Assembly (NCBI GenBank): GCA_028534125.1
Contig: CM052832.1
Coordinates: 23,810,001 to 23,874,000, forward strand
From: Lama glama
Lineage: Eukaryota
Length of the DNA: 64,000 nt
Direction: 5' to 3'
Below are positions 1 to 11,890 of the stretch, in pieces. The position numbers and the translations under genes were made by a program. Numbering within the stretch: position 1 is the first letter of the stretch; each line of letters starts with the position of its first letter. The notes under the pieces were generated by a model. The model worked only from the letters and a program-made list of their open reading frames with translations. It had not been told where the DNA came from and searched no databases.

Positions 1-386
1 GGTTTGGCTTTCACCATCGTTCTTGGGCAACTTGGCTGAGGACGACAGGTTACTCCTCTCACCTCTGATTAATTAATTTAACAACGGACTTTTCTATTCA
101 TATAAAAACACGTTCAAAATGATGTGAGCTGAGTTATGAACTGTTACAGAGACAGGCGCTTGGATTATGTCCCCGTACCATTCTTGACTTCCTTTGGTTT
201 TGAAGAGTAGATACAGGGTTACTCGATTTTTTTTTCCTCCAAAGAAATAGCAACAGTTTGTACTTCGGCTTTGTAAAAGCAATTGAAGAGGTTTTGGCAG
301 TATTTTACTAGGTGTTTTAAAATAGAAGAGCCCCTTAAAGCTCCTTAATTTCTGTAACCAAGACTTTAGAGGTTCTTAACTGAACT

Positions 387-548
387 TCAAGGTTCTCAAC
401 CTTGGCTACATATTGAAATCACCCGGGAGCTTTCAAACACAGAGGGCTGGGTCCCACCCCCAGAGACGCCGATTTAACTGGTCTGGAGGGGGCTTGGGTT
501 GTGGGGAGAATTGCAAAAGCTCCCAGGTGCAGATTTTAATCACTGCTT
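387..548. mobile_element. MER5A-like hAT-Charlie DNA transposon relic
   Basis: Characteristic 'ggttctcaaccttggctacatattgaaatcacccgggagcttt...aaaagctcccaggtg...cactgct'. Confidence 0.7.
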
Positions 549-679
549 TAGTGGTAGTTTAACACCTGAAAAGATAGTTGTTTTTGCCTATTTGAAGAAA
601 TAACGTTCAGCGGCAATAACTTCCAGACCTCACTTCTTCTTGACTCCTTGAGATGCCCTCCCCTACACAAAATGTTACG

Positions 680-905
680 TATGGGCTTTGGAATTAGCAT
701 GTCCTTGGTTCAGATCTCCGCTCTGCCACTTACTACCTATGTGACCTTGAGCAAACTACTTATGCAGACAGAGCCTTGCTCTCATCTGTAAATCAGAGAT
801 AATAAAGCCTACAGCTTATAGGCTACCGAGGAAGTGGTATTCTAAACCCCTGGCACATGGGATGTACATAATAGATGGAAGTGATTCGTATAATTACTAC
901 TATGC
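680..905 (+). mobile_element. MIR SINE
   Basis: MIR core 'ctctgccacttactacctatgtgaccttgagcaa...ctcatctgtaaa'. Confidence 0.7.
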
Positions 906-1074
906 AGTTAGCTCAGACTAGGGGTAAAAATGATGTCCTGTGCAGTACACAGCAGTCTTTTGCTTCAAATAAATGACTATGTATTTAAGATAAGAAAGGC
1001 TCCAAATAAACATCCACGTAGGCTAACGGGACTTTAGGGTTTCAGGAGTCTAAATTAGATCATCTAGTTCAGCC

Positions 1075-1300
1075 TTTTGACAGACTCCACTGAGTAGGTC
1101 ACAATCAATATTTTAAAAAGTAACTGAAATAGAATAAAGTAGAAAATATAAGAAGGCATTTATTACATGTAGTAAAGGGGGAGTATTTTATGAGCCTTCG
1201 TTTCAGTTACAGAGTTTGCGTGCGCACGTGTGCTCTGGGCTGCAGAAAATAAAATGTAGTTCTTATTATGAATCTCCATCTAAAAGTTTGAGAAACATGG
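1075..1300. mobile_element. hAT-Charlie (MER119-like) DNA transposon relic
   Basis: 'aatagaataaagtagaaaatat...atgtagtaaag...gtttcagttac...taaaatgtagttcttattatg...aaaagtttgagaaac' resembles this family. The subfamily is uncertain. Confidence 0.45.
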
Positions 1301-1940
1301 ACCTAATCTAATTCTCCCATTTTACATAACTGGGATACAGGCCCAGAGTGGTAACTTACTAAGACCAGCTGTCAAGTGTCAGAAGGGCAGCAGCAAGAAC
1401 CCAGTCTTCCACGAGACAATTTTCTATGCGGGGAACTGAGAAAAATATGCTTACAGGTTTCTCCCCTGCCAGCAAGACTCGGGGACGGTACAGGGAAGAG
1501 ACTAGGGGCTCAGGTGTGGGTTAGGCTGTGTGGGTTCCAGTCCTTGCTCCTCAGTGTACTACGCTCTTGGACTTCACACAAATGACCATGCTTGTCTGTG
1601 AGTCCATGATCCTGTTTGCAAAACAGTGTTGATAATGGTACCCACTTCACACGGCTATAAGAAGGAGTAAATGAGAGAACACATCAGCTCTTGCTTGGTA
1701 GGGAGTCAGGTACAAGATGGATGCTTGACAAACAGTAAGTGATCTCCCAGGTATCTGCCATTTAAAAGTCTCTAATTGGCCAGATTCACCGACCAGCGCT
1801 TTCCTACCACTGCTATGCAAAAGCAAGAAAAATATTTTCCTAACTGAGATCTGCAGATGGAAAGAGGCATGTTTTTGTTTGGGAGAAACAAAAAGAAATA
1901 CAGGGAAAGAAAGCAAAGTGTTCTCAAAGTTCTCAGTGGA

Positions 1941-2425
1941 CTTTTCCCTCCCCAGTTTTATGGAGAAATAATTGACATACATCACTGTAAGTTTAAGGTG
2001 TAAATACATGCAGATCAAACCAGCATGATAGTTTGATTTACACATATTGTGAAATGATTACCATAATAGGTTTAGTTAATATCTATCATCTCATACAGAT
2101 ACAATGAAAAGAAAAGGAAAAAAAGTTTCTCCCTGTGAGAAACTCTTAGGATCTACTCTCTTAACAACTTACCTACATGTCATACAGCTGTGTTAACTAC
2201 AGTCATCATGTTGTACATTACATCTCTAGTACTTAATTATCTTATAACTGGAAGTTTATACCTTTTGCCCATTTCTACTTCCCCCAGCTCCCACCTCTGG
2301 TAGCCACAAATCTGCTCTCTTTTTCTGAGTTTGGTGGGTTTTTGTTTTTTTAGATTCCATATATAAGTGAGATCATACAACATTTGTCTTTCTCTGACTT
2401 ATTTCACTTAGCATAATGCCTTCAA
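1941..2425 (-). mobile_element. L1MA-type LINE-1 3' end (5'-truncated)
   Basis: Reverse-strand L1 3'UTR motifs 'aattgacatacatcactgtaagtttaaggtgta' and 'tagattccatatataagtgagatcataca...ttatttcacttagcataatgcc'. Confidence 0.8.
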
Positions 2426-2606
2426 CGTTAAGTGGACTTCAAAAATTCTTCCATATTGAAGGAGGGGAAAAACAAAAAAGGTTGCTGCAGAAGCCAGCCA
2501 TGTCTTGTGGAAAATTCATGAATACCTTCCCACCTTCTCACTTTCCCTTCTGGTCACTACAAAGAAAAGGTCTTACAGATTTGACATGAAGACCCTGAAT
2601 CAGGAT

Positions 2607-2990
2607 TATTATGGGCTGAATTGTGTCCTTTCCGAATTTAAATGTTGAAGTCCTAACCCCTCGTACCTCAGAATGTGACTGTATTTGGAGATAGGATCTT
2701 TAAAAAGGTAATTAAATTAAAATGAGGTCATTAGAGTGGACCCTAATCCAATGTGACACGTGTCTTCATAAGGACATGAGGATGCAGACACTCACACGGG
2801 AAGATCATGTGAGGTCACAGGGAGAAGACGGCTGTCTATAAACAAAGGAAGAGAGGCTTCAGGAGAAACCAACCCTGCAGACACCTTGATCTCAGACTAC
2901 CGATCTCCAGAACCGTGAGAAAATACATTTCTGTTCTTTAAGCCACCCAGAGTGTGGTACTTTGTTCTGGCAACACTAGCAAACGAATAT
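2607..2990 (+). mobile_element. MaLR solo LTR (MLT1B-like)
   Basis: 'tatgggctgaattgtgtcc...gttgaagtcctaacccc...cagaatgtgactgtatttggagatagg...taagccacccag..tgtggtactttgtt...agcaaacgaatat'. Confidence 0.8.
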
Positions 2991-5900
2991 AAGCGCATAA
3001 TAACAGTACAGGGAAAGCAAACACCCCTAAACCCTCAACAGCAATAAAACAAACAAAACGTCTCTAAACATCCCTGCTCCAAACACAACTCTTCCACGTT
3101 TGTTGGTTAACGGCTGCCAGAAGTCAGGCTTAGATACCCCTCCCTGGAATTCAGTCTTTGGAAGCAAAACATTTCCTTCTTCAAGGGGTTCTTTTTTGTC
3201 CAAATTCAACGCCCAGTCAAAGGTGTGTTATATAGGTTTTCCCAGAAGGCAGCTGATTTTTAATTATACTAAAAAGCATCCTAATTTTCTCCAACGATTT
3301 GCTCAGCCATAATATTCTTGATGCAGTAACATCAAGAAAAGGCTTGAGAAAGGCCAGAATATCTGAATTGTTAGTGATAGCTGGCCTACTGCCCCAAGGG
3401 GAAAAAGAACCAGAAACTGTGTATTTACAACATGAAATAGATTTATTAAGGCCATCTTTGTTTATCTCTAACTTCCCAAGAACAAACTCGAAAGTCCGAG
3501 AAGACTGAGTATTCTGGAAGATATTTTATATTGGTTATCTGATGAAAGCACCATAAAGATTGAGAAAGTTTCCTTTTGCCTTAGTTTGGCAATTGCATGA
3601 AGAATTGTCCTCATTTAAAAAAAAAAAAAGTAGAACTGAGAGGACTAAGTCCAACGGTTATTTGCACAACCCTAATAAACAGTGCAGCTTTTATTCTGTG
3701 CCAATAGATTTCTCGTGTACTTTAAAGGAGGCTTACATTCTCCAGCTCATCCTGAACTGTCACAGCTGGAATCAAAAACAGAGCAAGAACGTTGGAGCTA
3801 TGGTGTGATTTCCATCAAGGCTGATCGTGTGGGATGCCAGGTGAAAAGTGAGTGGGGGTGGGGGCACCATCTGTTAGAGGTACTTCCACCTGTTGTGGTT
3901 TTAAGCCTGTATTAAGCATACTCAACAAATACAGGTTGAATTGCACTGATGTCAGTTAACACTACAAAAAGGCTGTCCTCGGCTAGAAGATAAATTTCAG
4001 AGGCATCCTGGGTTTCTGAATGGCATGCATTGGTGGTGGCTTTGCAGACATAGTTAGAAGCTAGTGTGCCTTTTGGATGACTTCAAATCGACCAGTTTTT
4101 ACATAGATCTCACCCATGTTAGTTTTTTGTAAACTTATCACTCAAGTTCCTTTTATTCTGAGAGACGTTTCCCTGAAAGAAAATCATTTTTCAAGACTCA
4201 TATGAAGATTAGCTGAAAACTCTCCCCTGCCCTTCCCCAGGTTTCTGTGGCTTTAACAGAAGGTGAAAACAACCAAAATGGGGGAGATGCATGTGCAGAC
4301 TGCAAGTTTCAGCAAATGTTTCCAAGGGTGCTCTTAGCTTGATGGGACTGTACTTTTGAGAGTATTTCAGGACTCTATGTCTTTATGACCCTAGCTTCTG
4401 CTCTAAAGTTGAAGAATCGAGACCCATTATCAGGTTCATCTCAGTTTAGCTCCAGAAATAATTGTTTTACAGAAAGTAAAATTAAAGAGCTTTATCAGCA
4501 AGCTTTGTAGAAACTTTACCCAAAAAGGAAAACCAAATTTCTACTCATGCTGTTTTGTAAGGGATGGAACAAACTCTGGGAGTTTGACCTCAGGGATGTG
4601 TCATTGAGTAAAACGAAATGAGCTTGTTATTTCTGGAATCCATGGTTCTTATGTGGTTCTATATCAGGCAGAAAATGGATCAATCTGCTGTAAATCACTT
4701 CTTTCTCTGATTACATGCTCTTTGTGAAACATTGGAAAAGACAGATGGAAAAACATAAGTAAACGATAAACACCCTTAATTCCACCACATGGAGAAAAAC
4801 ACTGCTAAATGTTGATTTCTTCTCTTGCAGATAGGATGATTAGAGTTCCTTCAAAAATGACAATAATTACTTTAAAATAATGGCTATTAAGACCATAAGG
4901 AATAGTCTTAAGAGTTGAAATACAAGCAGTATTACAACAAGCAAGCACAAAGACAAAAACCCATCAATATATTGGCAAGTACTGTGAAACTCTCGTTTTT
5001 AAAAAGGATGTTTGAAATACAGGCATTACAAATACTACAAAGGCATTACAACTCAGGCAAAGTTAACAGCATTAAAGTAAACATTGGACTTTTAAATATT
5101 TGGGCCCCCTATATTAGTAAGTTCTAAGAAAGCTCATCTCAAGGAGTACATCTTAGGCAACTATACAAGCAAACATCAATCACTATTACTTTGGCTTATG
5201 TGTTTTTGTACAAAGTTTTACCAGTTGACTATTTCAGTGCATGTGTGTATATGCATATGAATATATAGCACAGAAAACATATGGAAAGATCTACTTCACA
5301 GTGTTAACACAGAATTTTTTATTTTATTGGCTTACCCATATACTCTAAATTTTCTAATATGTACTTGCATTTCTTCTGTAATGAAGGGAAAAGTTTTAAA
5401 ACATTCTAACCAGTTTTGCACCTTCAATGGTAGAAAAATTTCATATAGGTGCTATTAAATTTATAGATAATCAAAAAATATTAAGACTCCTTCTTGCCAT
5501 CAGGAAAGATGCTTCAGGAAAACATGTTCAGAAATGATCAGAATAAATTATTCAGATGAAGAAGAATAGTTAACATCTTCTTAGGCAAAGGTCACCCAAA
5601 TCAGGAACAATGTTTGCTTCCAAAAATATATCACTTGGGCACATTCTAATAAATGAAGTAATTGTTTACACCATGTTAAGTCAAGAGCAAATTTTTTTTA
5701 TAAGAAGTGTTAATTTGAGTTAACTTGCTTTGGTGCAATTGTAGATATTTCTCTAGGCTAGTTTCACTTCAATGTTCCTCTTACATAAAAATTTTCCACA
5801 GTCCAGGATCATTTTGGAGTTTTCAGAATATGCCTCATGATAATACTTTAAAAAATATTTGTACATTTAAGACAACTTGAAATTTTAAAACATTTGCAAA

Positions 5901-6077
5901 ACTGTTACAGAAGTCAATCTAAATAAATCTGAGTTCCATGAATGTACATTATGCTATGATGGCTGCAATTATATTGCATTATGACAAATCCCTTGGAAAA
6001 TATATGTTCTTAAGGCTTTACATTCCACATATGTATCTTATTTTATGACGGCTAAACTTTCTTAAAAATATACTCAA

Positions 6078-6223
6078 GTTGGGGGAGGGTATAGCTCAGT
6101 GGTAGAGTGTGTACTTAGCAAGCACGAGGTCCTGGGTTCAGTCCCCAGTACCTCCCTTAATAAACAAACAAAACAAACAAACAAATAAATAAAATTAATT
6201 GCCTCCTCCTCCCCCCAAAAGAA
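6078..6223 (+). mobile_element. tRNA-derived camelid SINE (Vic-1-like)
   Basis: Head 'gggggagggtatagctcagtggtagag...gaggtcctgggttcagtccccag' with Pol III A and B boxes, then an A-rich tail. TSD aaaaata(t/c)actcaa at 6064-6077 and 6224-6237. Confidence 0.85.
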
Positions 6224-6295
6224 AAAAATACACTCAATAATCCCAAAGATTTTTTTTTTTTTTTTGCTTTTACTCCTTAAAAATCATTCTTAAAG

Positions 6296-6712
6296 AATCA
6301 AATTCTAACATTTGCAACAACATGAATGGACCTGGAGGGTATTATGCTAAGTGAAATAATTCAGACAAAGAAAGACAAATACTTTATGTTTTCACTTATA
6401 AGTGGAATCTGAAAAATAAAACGAATGAATATAACAAAAAAGAAACAGACTCATAGATACAGAGAACAATCTAGTGGCTATCACTGGGAAGAGAGGTAGG
6501 GGGAGGGACAAGATGGGGGAAGGGGATTAAGAGGTACAAACTATCAGGTGTAAAATAAATAAGATACAAGGATGTAATGCACAGCACAGAGAATATAGCC
6601 AGTGTTTTATAATAACTTTAAATGGAGTATAATCTATAAAAATATTGAATCATTCTATTGTACACTGAAAATAATATAACATGGTAAATCAACTATACTT
6701 CAGTTTAAAAAA
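6296..6712 (+). mobile_element. L1MA-type LINE-1 3' end
   Basis: 'catttgcaacaacatgaatggacctggagggtattatgctaagtgaaata...aaatcaactatacttcagtttaaaa'. Confidence 0.85.
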
Positions 6713-9168
6713 CTCATTCTTAAAGAGTAAAAGGAATGAATTGCTTTTGAGAATGAACTGCATTCTCCTGATACCTACGAGAGAAGCTTCCACACATACA
6801 AATCTGTCAACAACCCATTATACCCATCAGCACATTTTTGCAGTAATAATATTTAAAAAACAAACTATTTTGGACAAACAGAAAAGCATAGAAAATAATA
6901 ATGACAGGCACCCATGTATATGAAATATAATTTAGTATTGCACTGGGACCCAGGAAAAGTGGGCATTTTTAGTGTAAAGTCTTTTCTGCGAAGGCATTCA
7001 GCAAACCACAGGCTAAAGAGCCTTCTCCAAAGTCATCTTCTTACTCTTCGGGTCACAAATTACACTGTTGCTTATCAACGGATTTTAACTTATCGGAGTC
7101 ACTCAAAACCTTATTTTGGATTTTGGGGCCATTAACCCAACGAACGATGGACACATCTTTGTCAGTTCCCACTTCCTGGTTTTTGTCTTCATCACAGGTG
7201 TGAGCCCTACCTCTCATCATGTTTAGTTTTTGTGCTGCAGTATCTGGGGAAGTCCTCACTTTAAAGCCTATAATTCATTCATCAGTCAGAACAAGAACAG
7301 GTTCTGCTGACGTGATACGAGGGCCACGATTTCTCTAAGCTTTCAATGTTTGACTTGTCTCAGGAGGGTAGGTATGTGACATAAAAAGTCAGTGGAAATC
7401 TGAATGTTTATACAGTGACCCATGATAGTTTGTGTCCCTACAATATCTTATATTCAGAATCTTGCTGCAACAACAGGGGTCAGAAGACCATTAAAAACAA
7501 GCAAAAAACATTAGTGGCTCCTCACATTGAGGCTGATAGTTTTCATTATAGTTATTCTGAAGGGAGTCTTTTACTGATAGTACAAAAAGGTAACAGTCCA
7601 GCCAGAGAAAACACATTTTTCCCATTCCTGCACTGCTGTGCAGGCTAACGACTGAACATGGGACATGAATGACATTCTAGTGCGTCTATCTCTCCAGGAT
7701 GCCTGGACTTGACAAAATGCGTTCCCAGAAAATGCCAGGTTCGTGGCAGGGGCATGGGATTGGCTAGATTATCTGAGATCCAGGAAGGAAGCAGTGGGTC
7801 AAGAATGGGCAGTGACAAATTAAGACACCCAAAATCATGGCAGAGAGAAACCAGAATGGAAAATTAAGTTGAAAATCAAACACTTAACCTGGTTATCCAC
7901 AGTAAGCGTAAGAGAATACACTGGATGGCTGAGAAGAATCTCATCCTGTACTTTGTTATTGTTTCAACTTACTTTATGGACCTAGCTGAAAAGACATCAA
8001 CTTTTCCCCTCTCTGGGTAGGTACCATCTGGCTTCTGACAATGATGAATTTTTATAATCACCTATAATTTTACTTTATGGGATTCTGAACATTAAAGCTG
8101 AACAGCAGATCTTACTGTGTTCTGCTTAAATGCAAAGGAACTTCACTAACTCACAATTTCTAGGGATATAAATTGGAGAGAATTGCCAAAATCATTCAAA
8201 TTCACCAGCTTGGGAAAATCTAAAACAGTATATATCTGTGATCAGAAATTAGTTATGAGATAGAAAAAAAATTTGAACTGCTATAAATTTTTTTTTCTAC
8301 ATTTGCTGAGAACGGACTATATGCCAGATACCATGTTGCTTGGTTTTCCCCAGTTGCGTCTACTTTCTAACGATGAATCTCAGTTTAAACTACCAAAGCC
8401 ATCATGAGCCATCCATTCAGCTGCATTTACTAGGTCATTGTCTTTCCCCTGGATAAGTGGCCCATGGTACAGGGATGGCCAGATCTTTTCTTTGAGATTC
8501 ATTTGTGCAGAATATTGCTGAGATGACGTAAATCTACAGGTTCCATTTCAACCTCAGGAGGTGTAAAAAATGTCAACAACTACCCTGTAAGCCTTAACAC
8601 ATCCCACAAGAGTAGATTTACCATTACTGCACCAAGCTACTGATACAGAGCTCTGAACATCCTTAATTAGAAATCTGCTTTCTCTGTTAACGTTAGCACA
8701 ATCTTCTTAAGAGTCTGCTGTTTGCTGGTCTCAAGAGCAGTGCTTCCCACAGTGCATCTGACAGAGCCTCGGCTCCAGTTTGGTCAACAGCTCAACACAA
8801 ACAGTGCTTCCTGGTCTGTGGAGTGGGAGGGAATTCTGCATGCGGCATCTCCCTTTTGGCGAGTCATGATTCACCCCAGAACACTAAGGGAGTTACCAAA
8901 CAAATCCATTTAACTTGTTTAGCCTGATGTTTCTCAAGGTTTTTGTCCCCCCCCTCCCCGCCCCCCACCGCCAGAACCTTTATTCCCCCTGCCCCTCCCA
9001 GTTTTGCAGTGGGTATTCTGGGGAACAGACTCTGGGAAAGGCTGCTAGAGAGGCCTGTGAAGTGGCTTCAGGGAGTCACGGGGGCCTGCAGGGCTGCTCA
9101 GTGTGTGTTCATTTGTCCTCTTCCTCTCCAGTTATTCTTGATCATTACCATGGAAACACTTTCAAGGG

Positions 9169-9178
9169 CCTTTAATGG
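9169..9178. promoter_or_regulatory. Consensus CArG box (SRF site), candidate only
   Basis: CCTTTAATGG in non-repeat sequence near a GC-box tract. Confidence 0.3.
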
Positions 9179-9208
9179 AGGCAAAGATGTCTTTTCGCTC
9201 TCAATTCC

Positions 9209-9241
9209 AACACACACACGCACACGCACACACGCACACAC
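9209..9241. repeat. (CA)n/(CACG) microsatellite
   Basis: Directly visible. Confidence 0.9.
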
Positions 9242-9974
9242 CGAGCGTTGTTTTCAGGAGCTATAATAATCTCTGAGAGGACTGTTGGCACAACCCTCCC
9301 CTCTGCACTGAGGTTCCATCTTCTGTTGCTGCCTCAGTCTTTTTCTGGCCAGCCCTGCCCCCACTTCTAATCACCACTGGCAGTTAGAATCTCTTTTGTC
9401 TTCTTTCTCATCTTCTTTGTTTTCTTTTTCTTCTTTCACATATCCACCCTTGTGTCTGGAAAGGCAGACTATTTAGAAACCATGCCGCCGAACCACAGTG
9501 TCCCTTCTGCAGGGCAAACTGATGGCTTACGGCTTTTATTTGCCTTTCGTCTTCAAGCCTGGAGCTGTCTATTCTCTTTGTGCTGCCCCATGGCCAGGGC
9601 ATGCTTCTTTGTTACCCAAGAGGGTTTTCTGGCTACTTCCAAGTCCAAAGGGGCCCCACAGCTTTTCCTGATGTAAGGCCCCCTTATGCCATAGATCGCA
9701 TGTACTCTAAGTCTGATCAGCGCTGGTGATGGTTGTGCTTGGCTTTTCACAGGGACCCCAAAAGGGAGGTGTGGCTAACAGCGTGGGTGAAGCTAGCGAA
9801 AAAACACGATGTATAACCAGGACTACTTTCTGTGAAGCACGGGCAGGAAGGCCATTCTTTGATCTTTGGCTCAGTTACTCGATAGAAAGCCTATAGTTCT
9901 TGATTATGTAGTAAAACGGAGATGACTGCGTTCACCGTATACCTAGAGATACAGGTAAAGATTGCTACCTGTTG

Positions 9975-11410
9975 GTTCATTTGTTTCTTCGTTTATTCAG
10001 CAAATACATACCGAGTGCCATCTCTGTGCCGGGGCTGGTGAGAGGGGCTGGGGCAGGGGAGCACACAGTACAGACGCTTCACGGCAGTAAACGCTGCACG
10101 GATATTTATGTCCCTGCCCTCTTCTGTGCAAGCAGGGTGAGGGGTGTGTTGTCAGGATTCCCCATAGAAACAGAACCAATAGGATGTGACATTTATATAG
10201 TTTTATAAGGGATGGAGGCTGACGAGTCCCACGATGTGCAGAGTGTCCAGTCTGCAAGCTGGAGGCCCAGGAAACCCTCTGGTTTAAGCTCCAGTCTGCA
10301 GGCCAGCAAGCTTGAGACTCAGAAAGCTGATGTTCAGTTTGAGTCCAAAGGCAGGAAAAAGCTGATGTCCCAGTTTGAGGGCAGTCAGGCAGGAGGAATT
10401 CTCCCTTACTCAGGGGAGGGTCAGCCTTTTTGTTCTATTCAGGCCTTCAACCTATTGGATGGGGCCCACACACGAGGGTGCTTTATCCAGTCTACTGATT
10501 TAAATGTTAATCTCATCCAAAAACATCCTCACAGAAATACTCAGAATAATGTTTGACCAAATATCTGGGTATCCTGTGGCCTGGTTAAGTTGACATATAA
10601 CATGAATTATTCCAGTGGGAGACAGAGAGTAACTAAATTATACAGTATGAATAATAAATAAATAAATAAATTATACAGTATGTTAGGTGTTAAAAAACAG
10701 AGTCAAGTGAAGGGGATCAGAAATACATGAGGGGGGACAGTTTTCAATTTAAAATAGGATGGCCAGAGTCAGTCTCATTGAGAAGGTGACATTTGGATAA
10801 ATAGTTGGAGGAGACATTCTCCAGGTTGACATTCGGGGGAAGCAGATACAACCACTGCAAGAGGAAAGAACCAATGCAAAGGTCCTAAGGCTGAAACGTG
10901 TCTGCGGTGTTCAAGGAAGAACAGGCAGACAGTGGAGCTGGATGAGTGAGGGGCAGCGGTGGGGTAAAAGATGGGAGAGGCAAACGCAGGGGCACAGATC
11001 GGGAAGGCTCTTGAAATTTGGACTTGGGCTCTTGGCCTGAATGAGATGGAAATCACCAGAGTTTTGAGCAGAGGAGTGATGGGATGTGCTTTTCTTTTAT
11101 GAGAATCACTCTGGCTGTGGTATTGAGACTAGATTGTTGGGGGGTAGTGTGTGTGGGGGTGAGGTAGAAGCAGAGAGATCATATTTGAGAATTTGCAATA
11201 ATCTGGATGAAAGATGAAGGTAGCTGCAACCAGAGTGCCTTCAGCGGAAATGGTCAGAAGAAGAGTCTGGATTGGAGGTGGAGAAGGAGTCCAGAATGAC
11301 TCCTTGGTTTTCGACCTGAGCAGCTAGAAGGATAGAGTTGCCCTCACCTGAGAAGGAGACATTGCAGAAGGAACAGGACTGGCAGTAAGACCAGGAGCTC
11401 AGATGTAGAC
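9975..11410 (-). mobile_element. L2 LINE 3' portion, interrupted by an MLT2 LTR
   Basis: L2 tail 'ttcattt...attcagcaaatacataccgagtgcc..tgtgcc' at the left end. L2 body motifs 'gagaaggtgacattt', 'gttttgagcagaggagtga' and 'atcactctggctg' resume after ~10615. Confidence 0.7.
10145..10615. mobile_element. ERVL MLT2B-like solo LTR nested in L2
   Basis: 'agaaacagaaccaatagga', 'ctgcaagctggaggcccagg', 'tactgatttaaatgttaatctcatccaaaaaca...aataatgtttgaccaaatatctggg...aagttgacatataa'. Confidence 0.8.
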
Positions 11411-11824
11411 ACACTGTTTAATCTATTCTTAACTAGCCTTTCCCAGGGGCCACAATTCACTACTTTATTAGGAGTGTGGCTGCTGATGTCCTTAAATTTT
11501 CCCCGAAAGAAGGGTCCCTTCCTCGTTTCCGCTCTTTAGCTTGCATTTGCTTGGGAATATCTTCTCACATTCTCAACTCAGTGCAACACAATGTATAAAT
11601 GTGCTGCTTCTCACATACAAGGATGGTGCTTTTGGCCCGCAGTCAGCAAGGAGTGAGCTCTGTGCTCTTTCTTTCCTGGTGATGACTTGTGCTGAGTCAT
11701 CCACTCTGGCCAGCAGCAAACATTTGTGAAGACAGCTAGCCTGGATTATGAGTTTACTTTGTGGTTGGCGGTAAAATTATTTTTGTTAATTTCCCAGGCC
11801 CATTGCTCATTCTATTCTAAAACT

Positions 11825-11890
11825 AGCTGGCCCATGGAGAGATCAAACTTGTGGACTTGGCTTTATCACATTTTAACTAAGTGAGGTAAT
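11825..11890 (-). mobile_element. Decayed tRNA-Ile(AAT)-like head (MamSINE1-like relic or old tRNA pseudogene)
   Basis: The reverse complement 'ttacctcacttagttaaaatgtgataaagccaagtccacaagtttgatctctccatgggccag' is colinear with tRNA-Ile 'ttagctcagttggttagagcgtggtgctaataacgccaaggtcgcgggttcgatccccgtacgggcca'. Confidence 0.45.

Noticed and set aside
2061..2070. Further CArG matches (2061-2070, 19659-19668, 43548-43557)
   Set aside because: They lie inside L1/MaLR repeats with no independent support for function.
6081..6152. Functional tRNA genes at the SINE heads (also ~41780-41848, 51495-51566, 58478-58549)
   Set aside because: The acceptor stems are not intact and each is followed by a SINE body, an A-rich tail and a TSD. 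These are SINEs.
7053..7259. 68-aa minus-strand ORF (..AHTCDEDKNQEVGTDKDVSIVRW..) as an extra CAP2 exon or pseudogene
   Set aside because: It resembles neither CAP2 nor any protein I recognise. The only plausible mini-exon (ccccAG...GAG|GTAGGG) has an in-frame TAA in the phase needed after the 34391 donor.
10212..10556. 114-aa ORF
   Set aside because: It lies wholly within the MLT2B LTR and is a chance open frame.
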